Source: Camelus ferus (taxonomy: Eukaryota). Taken from it: a stretch of DNA of 64,000 bases. Location: contig NC_045697.1 in assembly GCF_009834535.1 (NCBI RefSeq), positions 68,388,001 to 68,452,000 on the forward strand. Direction: 5' to 3'. The position numbers and the translations under genes were made by a program. Positions 1-13,710 of this stretch are shown here, one piece after another (the stretch's first letter is position 1; every line of letters starts with the position of its first letter). The notes below the pieces were generated by a model that saw only the letters and a list, made by a program, of their open reading frames with translations, had not been told where the DNA came from and did no database searches.

Positions 1-1599
1 AATAGAACTATTTTTTCCTTTTTAAAAATTTCCTAATGCTTTGTAAGTTTTCATTCTTCCCTTGGGTTCTTGAGGGAAATAAGGTAAAGAGCACTGAAGA
101 ACAGAAAAACGCAGGAGAACAGTCTGTTTTGTGACTACTAATAATTATGTAATTATGATCTGACACCACAGATGTTTACCAGGTACTTCCTGCGTACATG
201 GCATTGAGGTTCCAAAGATACAGGTCAGGGGAGGATGAGCAGCACATGTCCTCTTTCCAAAGAGTCCATGGGGAATTGACTGCTATTTTTTATACCAAGG
301 TGTCTGGATTATGCCTGTTCCAACATCAGAAGCTTCCAAACACAGGACTGTTTAATAAGCTTAGTGATCTCTAAGAAACATTTGCCAGAAAGAAAACCTG
401 AGGATCGTGATTTCAAAGTGACTCAAACAGAGCTTTTTACTACAAAGAGTCTTTTCAATTAGAATGCTGGAAATCAGACAACGCGCTAAGATGTAAGGTA
501 ACAAGGGCGGGCAAGTTGGGGCTGCCTATAGGTAGATTTAATTCAGCTCCTTGAAGAAACCTGGAGTGCAGCAGATAGCAATTCCTTGCATTTGCTCCCT
601 TGTTTCAGCTTTGAGTGTCTTTACGTATAGTCTGTTATTCTTTCAAGTCTACTGTGAAGCAGCTATTAGTTTTAAGAAGCTTTTGTTTCCAAAGGGAGCC
701 TTTTACCTTTCCCATAACAGAAAATAAAATTACTAAATACTGCAAGTTTGGGCCTGTTTCTAATCATGGGGAGATTAAATGAGAGGATCATTTGACAGTC
801 TCGGAATGTTGGAAACATCAACTAATGACCTTTGTTATTAACGACCTAGACCCTCAGGCAATGAACCTAGCCAACACTGATTAAGAGAGAAGCCTGCTGG
901 TTTTTACAGCTATATAAAATAGAAGGAGTCTGTGTTAATAGAGCAGGGATAGGGCAGAGAAAAAAATGTAAAACTGAATGAGCTATAAAAAAAGAATGTT
1001 TTTTTCCTTCCTTTGTGCTACATGTTAGAAAATTAATTAACAAATATGAAGGCTCAGAAGTAATTTTAAATTGATGTGGAGACTAAGTCTCTGGAATCGA
1101 CAAGTCAAAAAAAAAAAAAGTCACCCACCAAATTCTGTGAACTTGGCCTGCACACACTCCAGAAGATGTATCATTGTCTAAAGGCAGCTACATCAAGAAC
1201 CTGAGACTTAGCAGAGTCCTGGCCAACTTCCCACCTGACTTCAGTGGTGGGTTTCGCCATTAATATAATAATAGTCCTCAGGGGTCTCTCCTGTTAAGTG
1301 CTCTTTCTGTTCTGAAGTGGCATCAGGGGATTGCTCTGCTCCTCTTGGCAGGGTGTTTTTTACACAGGCACCACCCACTGCTTGAAACACTTCTTGAAAT
1401 TATTGTTCAAACTTTGTTTAACCATTGTTAGTCCATTTTTCCCTGTCCTGGCAGTTTAATGAATGCAACTGATTGATACCTGTTTTTCATTTTGAAAAGA
1501 CTGTGATGCTTAAATCCACATTGGTTTCAACTATTCATTGATTTTGAGCTATTAAGATGTTTACACACAGAGAAACTTTTTGCAGTTGCATTAGAAAAT

Positions 1600-1747
1600 T
1601 TCCTTATTAAAAGTAATTTGAAGTAGAAAGAATGTGAAGAAGCATAAAAGCAGATTATATGAAACTAAAATTACCCATAATCCAAATACCCCATAGAAAT
1701 ACTCACTGTAATAATTGGTTATGCTTCTAAGGAATCTTTCTTTCTAT
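1600..1747 (-). mobile_element. Ancient L1ME-like 3' UTR fragment, interrupted by the young L1 (appears to resume ~5490-5590)
   Basis: AAAATTACCCATAATCC..ACCCCATAGAAATACTCACTGTAATAATTGG resembles old L1ME 3' UTR; highly diverged. Confidence 0.45.
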
Positions 1748-1761
1748 AAAAATTGAGTTCA

Positions 1762-4700
1762 GATGGGAATACAATCATAGTTGGAGATTTTAACACCTCA
1801 TTAACATCACTAGACAGATCTTCCAGACAGAAAATAAATAGGGCAACAGCTAAATTAAATAATACAATAGAAAAATTAGATTTGGTGGATATTTTCAGAG
1901 CATTACACCCCCCAAAAATAGGATATACATTCTTTTCAAGTGCACATGGAACATTTTCTAGGATTGATCATGTACTTGGGCACAAAAGAAACCTCAACAA
2001 TTTTAAGAAGATAGAAATTATCTCAAGCATCTTTACAGACCACAATGCCATGAAACTAGAAATCAACAACAGAGAAACAAAGGAGAAAAAAAAGGAAAGC
2101 ATGGAGATTAAACAATATGCTATTAAAAAAACCAATGGGTCAATGAGGAAATCAAAGCTGAAATTAAAAAATACCTTGAGACAAATAAAAATGAAAGCAC
2201 AAAAACCACACAAAATTTATGGGACACAGCAAAGGCAGTGCTAAGAGGGAAGTTTATAGCGATACAGGCCTTCCTCAAAAAAGAACAACAATCTCAAATA
2301 AACAATTTAACCCACCACCTGAATGAATTAGAAAAAGAAGAACAAAAAGCCCCAAAAAGCAGCAGAAGGAAGGAAATAATAAAGATCAGAGGGGAATTAA
2401 ATACAATAGAGATTAACAAGACCATAGAAAAAATCAATCAAACCAAAAGCTGGTTTTTTGAGAAAGTAAATAAAATCAACAAACTTCTGGCCAAACTCAC
2501 AAAGAAGAAAAAAGAGAGATCATAAATTAGCAAAATAAGAAAGGAAAATGGAGAAATTACAACAAATAAAATAGAAATACAGAATATCATATGAGAATAT
2601 TATGAAAAACTATATGGAACCAAATTGGATAACCTAGAGGAGAAGGACAAGTTTCTGGAAACATACAGTCCACCAAGACTGAATCAAGAAGTAACTGACC
2701 ACTTGAACAATCCGATCACTAGAAAGGAAATAGAAATAGCAATTAAAAACCTCCCTACAAATAAAAGTCCAGGACCAGACAGCTTCACCAGGGAATTCTA
2801 CCAAACATACAGAGAACTCATACCAGTCCTTCTCAAACTCTTCCAGATGATTGAAAAGGAGAGAATACTCCCAAACTCATTCTATGAAGCCACCATCACC
2901 CTGATACCAAAACCAGGCAAAGACACTACAAAAAAAGAGAATTATAGGCCAATATCACTGATGAACATAGATGCCAAAATCCTCATCAAAATTTTAGCAA
3001 ATAGAGTCCAACAACACATAAAAAAGATTATACATCATGACCAAGTGGGGTTTATCCCAGGGACACAAGGGTGGTTCAACATATGCAAATCAGTCAGTGT
3101 AATACATCACATCAACAAGAGAAAAGACAAAAACCATATGATCATCTCAATAGGCAGAAAAAGCATTTGATAAAATTCAACACCCATTTATGATAAAAAC
3201 TCTCACCAAAGTGGGTATGGAGGGAACGGATCTCAACATAATAAAAGCTATATATGACAGACCTACAGCCAGCATAGTACTCAACGGTGAAAAACTCAAA
3301 AGCTTCCCACTAAAATCTGGGACAAGACAAGGATGCTCACTATCACCACTCCTATTCAACATAGTCTTGAAAGTCCTAGCCACAGCAGTCAGGCAAGAGA
3401 GAAATAAAAGGGATCCAAATTGGAAAAGAAGAGGTAAAAGTGTCACTATATGCCGACGACATGTTACTATATATAGAAAACCCTAAAAGGTTCACACAAA
3501 AACTACTAGAGCTGATCGAAGAATTCAGCAAGGTAGCAGGTAAGAAGATTAACGTTCAAAAATCAGTTGCATTTCTTTACACTAACAATGAATCAACAGA
3601 AAAAGAAAGTAAAGAAACAACCCCTTTAAAATAGCACCCAAAATAATAAAATACATAGGAACAAATCTAACTAAGGAGGTGAAAGAATTATACACAGAAA
3701 ACTATAAATCATTGATGAAGGAAATTAAAGAAGACTTTAAAAAATGGAGATATCCCATGCTCTTGGATTGGAAGAATCAATATTGTTAAAATGGTCACAC
3801 TGCCCAAGGCAATCTACAGATTTAATGCAATCCCTATCCAATTACCCAGGACATATTTCACAGAACTAGAACAAATCATAATAAAGTTTATATGGAAACA
3901 TCAAAGACCTAGAATTGCCAAAGAATTACTGAAGAGAAAGAAAGAGGCTGGAGGAATAACTCTCCCAGACTTCAGACAATACTATAGAGCTACAGTCATC
4001 AAGATAGCGTGGTATTGGTACCAAAACAGACATATAGACCAATGGAACAGAATAGAGAGCCCAGAAATGAACCCACAAACTTTTGGTCTACTAATCTTCG
4101 ACAAAGGAGGCAAGAATATACAATGGAATAAAGACTGTCTCTTCAGCAAATGGTGTTGGGAAAACTGGACAGCAGCATGTAAAACAATGAAGCTAGAACA
4201 CTCCCTTACACCATACACAAAAATCAACTCAAAATGGATCAAAGACTTAAACATAAGACAAGATACAATAAACCTCCTAGAAGAAAATATAGGCAAAACA
4301 TTATCTGACATACATCTCAAAAATGTTCTCCTAGAACAGTCTACTCAAGGAATAGAAAAAAAGCAAGAATAAACCAATGGGACCTAGTGAAATTTACAAG
4401 CTTCTGCACAGCAAAGGAAACCATAAGTAAAACAAAAAGGCAACCTACGTAATGGGAAAAAATTTTTGCAAATGAAACCAACAAAGGCTTGATCTCTACA
4501 ATATATAAGCAGCTCATATGACTTAATAAGAAACAACCAAACAACCCAATCAAAAAATGGGCAAAAGACCTAAACAAGCAATTCTCCAAGGAAGACATAC
4601 AAATGATCAATAGACACATGAAAAAATGCTCAATATCACTAATTATCAGAGAAATGCAAATCAAAACTACAATGAGGTATCACCTCACACCAGTCAGAAT

Positions 4701-5163
4701 GGCCGTCATTCAAAAATCCACAAATGACAAATGCTGGAGAGGCTGTGGAGAAAGGGGAATCCTCCTACACTGCTGGTGGGAATGCAGTTTGGTGCAGCCA
4801 CTGTGGAAAACAGTATGGAGATTCCTCAAAAGACTAGGAATAGACTTACCATATGACCTAGGAATCCCGCTCCTGGGCATATATTCAGAAGGAATCCTAC
4901 TTCAGGATGACACCTGCACCCCTATGTTCATAGCAGCACTATTTGCAATAGCCAAGACATGGAGACAGCCCAACTGTCCATCAACAGAAGACTGGATAAA
5001 GAAGAAGTGGTATATTTATACAATGGAATACTATTCAGTCATAAAAACTGACATGATGCTATTTGCAGCAACATGGATGCTCCTGGAGAATGTCATTCCA
5101 AGTGAAGTAAGCCAGAAAGAGAAAGAAAAATACCATTTGAGATCGCTCATATGTGGAATCTAA
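1762..5163 (+). pseudogene. Disrupted L1 ORF2 (partial endonuclease, reverse transcriptase, Cys-rich domain)
   Basis: Seven collinear ORF pieces (1753-2244, 2238-2525, 2625-3170, 3190-3486, 3440-3634, 3791-4372, 4603-5163) separated by frameshifts and stops. [18 protein letters not shown] at 4732-4785. Natural stop at 5161-5163. Confidence 0.95.
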
Positions 5164-5475
5164 AAAACAAACAAACAAACAAACAAAGCATAAATACAAA
5201 ACAGAAATAGACTCATAGACATAGAATACAAACTTGTGGTTGCCAAGGAGGTGGAGGGTGGGAAAGGATAGACTGGGATTTCAGAATTGTAGAATAGATA
5301 AACAAGATCATGCTGTATAGCACAGGGAAATATATACAAGATCTTATGGTAGCTCACAGAGAAAGAAATGTGACAATGAATATATATATGTTCATGTAAT
5401 AATTGAAAAACTGGGCTCTACACAGGAATTTGACACAACACTGTAAAATGATTATAAGTCAATAAAAAATGTTAA
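1762..5475 (+). mobile_element. Young 5'-truncated LINE-1 (camelid-type): ORF2 from within the endonuclease domain, 3' UTR and short A-rich tail
   Basis: ORF fragments give L1 ORF2 motifs ([59 protein letters not shown]-terminal CCHC). AATAAA at 5461. TSD AAAAATTGAGTTCA (1748-1761) / AAAATTTGAGTTCA (5476-5489), 1 mismatch. Confidence 0.97.
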
Positions 5476-5979
5476 AAAATTTGAGTTCACAGAGTGTATA
5501 GACTTGTGTACTACTTTTTGTGCTTAGCAGTACTGTATATTGTAAGAATTTTCCCATGATATTGGAAACATGATTTTTATTGGCAGTCCAGGGCTGAGCA
5601 TGCAGAATGTAGTATTCCAACAGATAGTCCAGCTGAGAATAATCAGATCAACTAGTTATTTCAAAACCAATGAGCTCATGATTAATAGCTAATTGTTAAA
5701 CTCTGCCTAATGTATGAACTACTTATATGAATTGATAAATCTTCATTTCTAACCCTCTGAATAAAATTAATTCAATTAACTTATCACTTATTTAAATGTT
5801 TTCCATATGAAGAATAAGATATCGCATTAGATCATTTTTATAGAAAAAAATACCTTTTATGTGACCTTTTTGTGCACTGTATTTCATTTTAAAATATTGG
5901 AAGTTTAAAATGGCTAAAATGGCTTTTCTACTCCTTTGTAAAGATGTAGTTGAGTTCAGCAATCATATCTTTGCATCTA

Positions 5980-6420
5980 TCTCATTCATTTATTCAACAT
6001 ATTTTTATTACCAGAGACTACACTAGGTGATGCTAATAATGCAGAAAACTAAAGAGAAAAGAATTTGGCAATCATGGAGCTTGCATTCTAATAAGGGAAG
6101 AAAGTAAAGAAATTAGAGAAGAGAGAGTTATGTACTAGACAGCTTTGTGGGAGAGTTGAGACTGCTCTCAGCAGAGTCCTCCCTGAGGAGGACATTGAAG
6201 TTGAGACTGAACAATGACAGTGTGAAGAGACGTGGGGAAAGTATTCAGTCAGAAGAAAGAGCACATGTGAGGTCCTAAGGCAGAAAAGGTGCTGGTTTCT
6301 TCGGGAAACAGAGAAGAGGTCAGTTGCTAGGGACAATGAGTGAGGTAAGAAAGGTATTGACATGGTGTTGGAGAATGGACAGAGCCAGATTTGTGCAGGA
6401 ACTTATAGGTCATGGTATGT
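5980..6420 (-). mobile_element. L2 3' fragment
   Basis: TCATTCATTTATTCAACATATTT terminus followed by ATGGAGCTTGCATTCTA and the purine-rich L2 antisense body. Confidence 0.75.
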
Positions 6421-6856
6421 ATAGAGGAGGTGGGAGTTGAGGATACCACAAGAGTCTTGTTCCTCTTGGTTCCACAGAAACATGAAAATTTTCATTTTTC
6501 AGAAGGGAAACAAAATATGAGGACTCTTCTCCCTTTACCTAAGAAAAGAAATAGAGTACGTGTGACTCAGCTCCATCATGCATCCTTATTTTGGTGTAAG
6601 GACTCTCAGGATGGGTGAAATTCTCTCCACACCCTGTTCCCCACGAGGAGAGCCAGGGACAGACAGATCTGTATGTCTGCTTCTTTCTGTGAAGCAGTGA
6701 TTCTTGATATTCTTGTCTCTGCAAACACAAACATGCCCTTGAGTGGATGACCCAGCGTCTAGCTGGGTGATAAATACATTTGTTTTTGCCGTGTTATTTG
6801 CAAAATACAGTAACAGACGTTTAGCGAGACTTCCCTACTGCTGAAACAGCTGAACT

Positions 6857-7041
6857 CATTCAGTCCTCGCAATAATCCTACAGGGTGAGTGTGATTATTT
6901 TTTCTATTTTATAGATAGGGAAATTGGATACAGTTTCCTTACAAAGCTAACCTAAAGTCAGGTACACAGCTAATAAGGGGCAGCGCTGGGATTAGAACCC
7001 AAGTTTTCTGGCTCCAGAGTTTAATGCTCTTAGTCACATGC
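6857..7041 (-). mobile_element. MIR SINE
   Basis: ATTTTATAGATAGGGAAATTG core and GGGATTAGAACCCAAG..CTGGCTCCAGAG B-box-derived end. Confidence 0.8.
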
Positions 7042-7084
7042 TTTTCAACCGTGCTGTATGTCCATAATATTGCTACCTCTTGGC

Positions 7085-7435
7085 ATTCTCACCCTTCCCC
7101 TTGAGTACAGAAGGGACTCACTACTTGTCGCTAAACAGCAGAATAGGCAAAAGGCTGGAAAGTCGCTATTAAGACTGTAGTTTCTGTCTTGCTAGTGGAC
7201 TTTATTGACTCTCTCCCTTGCTGGTTTTGATGAAGTAAGCCAGTGTTTGAAAAGGCCCCACATGATAAGGAACTGAGAATGGCCTCTGGCCAGAAATCAG
7301 CAAGGGCCTGAGGCCACGGCCTGACAATCATAAAGAACTGAATCCTGCCAACCACCTTTTGAACCTGAAAGTGGATCCTTTCCTGTTTGAGTTTTAGATG
7401 AATCCCTTGCCCTGGTCATCACCTTGATTTCAGCC
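7085..7435 (+). mobile_element. MLT1 (ERVL-MaLR) LTR fragment
   Basis: CCCTTGAGT..AGAATAGGCAAAAG, GCTGGTTTTGATGAAG, GAACTGAATCCTGCCAACCACC motifs. Confidence 0.75.
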
Positions 7436-10400
7436 TACTTTTTACATAGTTTCATAATCTGTAATACTTTGTGCTCTTATTTGTGTGTTGTCATCCCCAA
7501 TAGGTCATAAGCATCTAAAAATAAAAAGAGAGTTTTTGCATCCTGAGCCACTAGAAACGGTGCCTTAAATTTTCATTTGAGGATTAATGTTAAAATAATG
7601 AATATATGTTCTGATATGTTATTCCATTTTCATGGTTTTATTATATATTTGATTTTTATTTATTCAAAAAGTCATGAGGTGATCATAATATACATAAATG
7701 TAAGAATAACCATATTTGACATATTATTCACTGTGGTTTTTTTTTTTTTCTTAGATATTCCTCCTTTTACTTTGCTTTATTCCACATATCAAGTTGCTAG
7801 GCCTTTTGCTTCTCAGTATTTCATGGGAAAATGAGAGAAGGCAGAAAAGAGACTTGTCCTGCGTATTGTCTTCCAAGAGACTAGTTCTCTCAATAAATGG
7901 AAAGATACTATGTATACAATAAATATTTTAGGGGAGTAGATTGAAGAGAGGGATCTCCACACTCACACAAATAGAAAATTTTCCTTTGTAAAAGAAGCTA
8001 GTGAGAGATGAGACATGATGAGAACAGGATACTGAAATGGGTGGTTCCCTCCTAGACAAAGAGATTCTGAGCTTTACTTCCCAGACAGCACCATGGAAGT
8101 TGGGGGTTGGAGGTGGGGGAGGCAAGCCCTTAGACCACCTTCCAGGGAAATCTGTGCCTTAAATTTGCATGGTTATAGCAATATGTAGCAACATGATTCT
8201 TGTGCCTATGAATATGGCATGGAAGTACAGGAAATAGAGGAAGAAGAAACAGGGATATCAGATGCCTACATGGCAATATACATGGATTGGTAAATGGGTC
8301 CAGATAAAGCACTGGATCTCACCCACAGAGGAGGAGGAGGACACTGAGGACCCAATGAGTTCCTCCAATGCCTTGTCCTATGTAGGATTTCTCAAATTTT
8401 AACACTACTTTAGGAAAATAAGAAGGGGTTGGATATATCATAAATTAAATTATGTTTCTGCCATATTGAAAGAAATTTAATTGAGTTATAGAAAATAAGC
8501 AAGTTTATAAAACAGATATTTGTACCTGCTACATAAATTTGGAGAGTCTGTTCCCAGCCAACTAACTGATTTATTTATAGTTAATTCTTTTTCCAGGTAT
8601 TTTAATAACAATACCCTTCATCAAATGCTACATCATTCACTCGGGTGATTGAGTTTGCCATTCATTCAGTGATTGACAGATTTTCAATCAAGTAACTTTT
8701 GCCAGTTAAATATAAACGTATATGCCTCACTGCCTGTAAGGGACTGTTACGTTTACTGGTACTCAACTTCAGTTAATTCTTGAGTTGATTTCAAATTCAT
8801 CATATTTTAAGGAATTCAATCTGTGAGATTTTACAAGAAAAATCTTTAGAAAGTTTCACCACCCTCTCTCGTTGAACTAAGAATGACTGATTAACACTTT
8901 TCACAGGGAACTTACTGCTTTGTATCTTTTATTATAAAAAGATCTGTGTGATTTTTCTTGTTTTCTGTTCTACCCTACAAGCCCCTGGAGAGTCTATTTG
9001 TTTTTGTGTGTTAAACAGTTTTGTATCTTTTATGGAGTATAGTAGGCTTATTTAAAGGTGGATGTACTTGATAATTATTTATTGAGTAAATGAAAAAAGA
9101 GCAAGTTACAACTACATTCTGTAAGCCAAAGTCACAAATGCATATTAGAACCAAAATGCATTATGATAGAAAGGACATATGTCTATAGTCAAGGAAAATA
9201 TTAATATAAAAACTGATTCTTTCTTAAATGATATTTCAAATATAGGCATTTTTAATAACAAAATGTTCAGATAAGTTATAGTTCTCTTGAAAGTGACCTG
9301 TGTGCTATGTATAATATTTAAGGATGTTTGTGGGGCATTTTACATATCCCTTTGGAAAAATTTTCAACTGGATATCCATGCAGTGAGCTAGATAATCTTC
9401 CCTGAGGGATATTTTCTCTTGGGGTACATGGGAGACTGAGTAATGTTCTCTTGAAGATTGTTTTATATCATGAGATGAGGCACTGCATTTGGTACCAGCT
9501 GCAATCTCCACATGGTTTTCTCCTCTTGTTTCAGAAAAACGCATTGAAATAGACACATCTGAACATGATAAATGCAGGGATCACTGTAGCAGAGCCTGTG
9601 CCCTGTAGGAAAGAATGCAGACAGTCAGTCAGATGGAGAGTTTAAAAGGGCATCCTGGCCTCCTAAGCAATCTGAAAACCATCAAAAGTGATAAATCTAG
9701 TGATATTCCCAGGTCATGTTCCAACTTCACAGTTTGAGTATAACCAAAGTTCAATCTGTGATCCAATTTCTCTCTTATATACTATCAAAGTATGGTTTCC
9801 TTCTTGACAATATCACTTTTTGTTACCTGGGGTTCTACTCATCCACTCATACCAAACTTTGAACTCCACTTGTTCTTTTATTATTCATAGCCCAAAAGGA
9901 AACTGTATTTATGTTACATATAAGCTAAATGTTCAACATTTTCTTGTTACAGTTCTGTTCAATACTTATCATTCAGATGTGCATGTGCACTCTGCCAGTC
10001 CTATGTATTAACAGTGTCTGCCTTGAATTATTTCTACCAGATGTCCCAACTGAATTGATGAAAAATGACAAATGAAAAATATTATTTATTTTGTATCATT
10101 AATACCTAGCAACAGTTTGCTAGCTCCTAAAAAATTAGTTTATTGACTCTTTTCATATTTTTTCATTATCTGCTCTGTCCTGGGCACTATGATAGGCACT
10201 AGAAATACATTTGAGTGGGTTGCACTGAAAAGCCCTAAGTGGAAAAGTACTCACTAATGACTCAGAATGAAGACATCATAGTGATGGTGATGAGGGCCTT
10301 TTGAGTTAAATGACAGAAAGTTAGGGATGCCTGACTGACCTCTCCTCACACTCCCACCGAAACACAACACAAAATAATAGCACTGGAACTATTCTTTTTA

Positions 10401-12139
10401 ATCTAGCAAAACCTGACAAATATCAATAGAATGTTCACTAATCAAAGTTCTAAAGAAGCCTTGAGCAAAACAGCAAGTGCACACAAAGAAAAACCACAAT
10501 ACATTTCTGTTCACTCACCAGTACTGCACTCACTCACCCCCCAACAGATCCAGACTTTTTTGTGGCCACGGGGGAATGTCACCCCCTTATAACACTAGAC
10601 CTAGTTTATAGAGCATTCAAAGCTGTTTTAACCTTTCTCCCTACCCAACACCTCTCTTTATACAATAAATGTTTCCTATTTCAATTTCTAGAAACTTGTT
10701 TTATTTGAAGAAGGAAAAAAGATGTATGTTAGTGCTATATGTCTGGCAATAGCTGTCAGAGACTTCGCCTTGCTGAGGCATAGGAACAATACAATCTGGC
10801 CATTGTAGCTTACCGCTTGTTATTCTGGGAAGAAAAGCTCTATACAGTCTTTTGGATTGTTCATAAATAGGAATTTCTGTACAAAATTAGCAGTTCCTAT
10901 TGCTGCTTCTTTTTAAATATTATAAACATTGAGGCAAATAAAAGAAAATCTTGAGAATTGCAGGTCAAAATTTCAATGGCTGCTGTCTCTTTTTCATCTT
11001 GGTGTTTTGTTCTTCAAATTTTCTAAAAGAAATCTTTATTCTTCTTGGCAGTCTTGAAAAACAAAATGCTCTCCAAAACAATGCTGGAAACCATTTTAAA
11101 CTAGGTCAGTCTTATGTTTTCAACAGATACTAGGACAGCTGGGATCTTGCTCTATTGGATTTCATTCAAAGATGATGTAGAATTTTGTGTTCTACACAGG
11201 AATTGCCATATGAGTCAACAGACTTTGTGACCTTGGTCAGACTTTAACTAGATAGGCTGGCTACACCAAGTGCTTGAAATATCTACTTTTGAGGAAACTT
11301 AGAGTGAAATAGGAATTAAACCAAAGAATTTACCAGAACACAGTAACTATTAGAGCAATCCTCAGAAAGGTGAGAGTACATTTTTCAAAATCTCTTTTCT
11401 ACCCAGAACTATAGGAAATAGAATACCTTTTGATAATGTTATCATTGTTATACTGTGACAAATGTAATTTCAGATTTTAATTCAAGGTTTATGTGAAATA
11501 GGAAAAATACACTGAGGTATTTAGGTGACTTAGTATAAGGGTCAAATGGATTTATGTTTGCCTTGTAAGCAACAATAGCAGAGTAAAAAACGATGAAGAC
11601 AACAATAATAATAACAATGCTAATAATGATAAGTGAGAATACTAACACAAAACTTTGGATGATTAGTTAAAAAACGACCTCATTTTTTAAAATTTCAAAA
11701 TTGTCCCAGCATATTGTTTTTGGCGATGTTATAAATAGTCTGAGAGTACTCAACTTCTCTACTTATTTTTTATTAACTGACATTTCATAGTAGATTGTAT
11801 ATAATTGGTAAGATACCCTACCTCCTTATCACTTGCTTCAGATGTATCCTTTTCTTTCTGGGTGGAATAAACCACCTCATTCACTATGAATCTTGAGGTA
11901 CTCAGTTCTTGGAAATTAAAAACCAGCCCATATCAAAAAGTGTGGTGAAGCAAGCCCTTGCCATGGAGGGGGAAAAAAATTAAATTCTGTCAGTGTTCAA
12001 TGGGTCTGTCAATGGGTCTTTCAATGGACTGCATCTCTTTTCCTGGAACAAAAAAAGATATAACCAAATACTATTAATTTGCTCCTAGAGACTGAATGAA
12101 CAAAATCACTGGACTGCGAAACCCTATTGTTTTGCAAGT

Positions 12140-12160
12140 CTTACTGACACCTGGTGGCTG
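12140..12160 (-). promoter_or_regulatory. Candidate CTCF binding site
   Basis: Minus strand reads CAGCCACCAGGTGTCAGTA, a close match to the CTCF core CCACCAGGTGGCAG. It lies in non-repeat sequence. Confidence 0.5.
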
Positions 12161-12688
12161 AATCTCAAAAGACTTCACGATAACCGAAGATGAACTGTTT
12201 CTGCAATAAAACTTAATCCAGGATTTGCAACACACTTGACACTGAGGGAATGCTAAACACTTAACTCTAGTCTAAGCAGAGTAAGAAATTCAGAGTCATA
12301 GCAAAACCTTGCAATTTATTCATGTTCAAAGACACTCATGGGTATTCATTTTCAAGTTTTCACCCCCGTTTTCAAGAACTCAGTTCATTTGCTGTAAGCT
12401 TCTGTGTGAAGAAAATCTGAGAGTTTGGAGGTTGAAGAAGAATCACCAAGAGGTCTTACTGATAGTAAATCGATTTAGCTGATTTTTCTCTACAAACAAA
12501 TGCACTAATAGAAGTACCAACATTTTAAAAAAAATCAATATTATATGGTAGGTTCCATTTTGTGTTCAAGTTATTTTCTTTCTTCAGATAATAAATGGCA
12601 TAAAAAGCATATAAATTCGCAACTCAGAGAAACTCTACACATTGAATTATTGAGAGACTCAGGCTTTCCCATGGTTATAATTTTAAAT

Positions 12689-12812
12689 CAGTGGTTCTCA
12701 TACTTTAGAGTGCTGAAGAATCCTGGTATTCTTATTTTTAAAATGCACATCAATAGGATGCAACCCTGGAGCATCTGGTTCAGATTCAGTAGATCTTGGG
12801 TGGAGATTCCAG
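12689..12812. mobile_element. MER5A-like hAT-Charlie fragment
   Basis: CAGTGGTTCTCA terminus and GATTCAGTAGATCTTGGGTGG core. Confidence 0.7.
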
Positions 12813-13019
12813 ATACAACCTTTTATCCTAACTTTGGACTTGTTTTTACAAATCTCTTTGGAATCTATCTTCCAGCTGTTAATTTCTTTTAGTCCTTGTC
12901 TGATTCTCAGTAACCTGATTGTCATCATAATCCCTCACTTGCCTGTCTCTCACCTAGCATACATTTTTACTTCTTCCAATAACATCATCCTGATTTTCCC
13001 TCAGTGAACTACTTTTGTA

Positions 13020-13460
13020 ACCTCAATAATGTTGAGCCAGTGTGATTCAGAAAAGCCTAACCCCATGCCTATTGAGGGCTGGGCATGTGAGCCAGGACAA
13101 GGAGGGTATTCCATTTTCCAGATCATGGTGATTGGTGCAAGGATGGGTAGATGACCTGGATTTAAAGGAGGCTTTATTATGGAAATTACTGAGAAAGAAG
13201 GACTATCTCATTGGGGTCACTTGGCTGGTAGAATATGATCTTGGAGATGCTGTTGGCAATCTGTGTCACTTCATATGAAAAATAAAATCACACACATAAA
13301 AACAGAGACAGGAGATGATGAACCATAGCTTTTTCTGCAGTCATTATTTGAGCAGATGGATTCAGTGTGTCTGAAGCTAGATAGACCTCTACCTTTCCTG
13401 TTGCATATACCCATAAATTCCCTTTGGTGTGTTTCTGTTATTTACAATAACAGATTCTGT
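13020..13460 (+). mobile_element. Old MLT1 (J/K-like) LTR
   Basis: GGGCATGTGA, GTGATTGGT..AAGGATGGG..ATGACC and TGTCTGAAGCTAG motifs. Confidence 0.65.
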
Positions 13461-13710
13461 AGTTGCCATTTCTTGGCATGTGGGTTACCTTACATTTTAA
13501 GCTCCTGTGCTTTTCCTTCCCCATTTTCTGGACTTACCAGCCTCAGGTAAAATTGATGACCCTGTACCCAACTTATGATCTAGTTGTTTGATCCTCCAAA
13601 AGAAAAAATAAATGTCTGCCATGGCTGTAATTTTATCACAGCCTTAACCTCCTCAGTATATTCAGAATAATGTAAAAACTTCATGATTTAACTCCAACCT
13701 TAATTCAGAT

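Noticed and set aside
478..535. Promoter (GGGCGG box, CGCG, TATA-like)
   Set aside because: Only a few CpGs, no CpG island and no downstream exon evidence.
1968..4664. Hydrophobic minus-strand ORFs as membrane peptides
   Set aside because: Antisense shadows of A-rich L1 sequence. The same applies to the ORFs at 26757-27835 and 41125-41307.
1753..5163. ORF cluster as a novel RT/endonuclease system or an active L1
   Set aside because: Ordinary L1 ORF2, 5'-truncated, with several frameshifts and stops.
7930..8200. Possible ancient LTR fragment
   Set aside because: GC-richer and LTR-like in feel, but no termini or family motif I can support.
9305..9556. 83-aa ORF in unique DNA (likewise 49476-49802, 51032-51286, 62829-63026)
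   Set aside because: No recognisable homology or paired splice sites. Lengths are within chance expectation.
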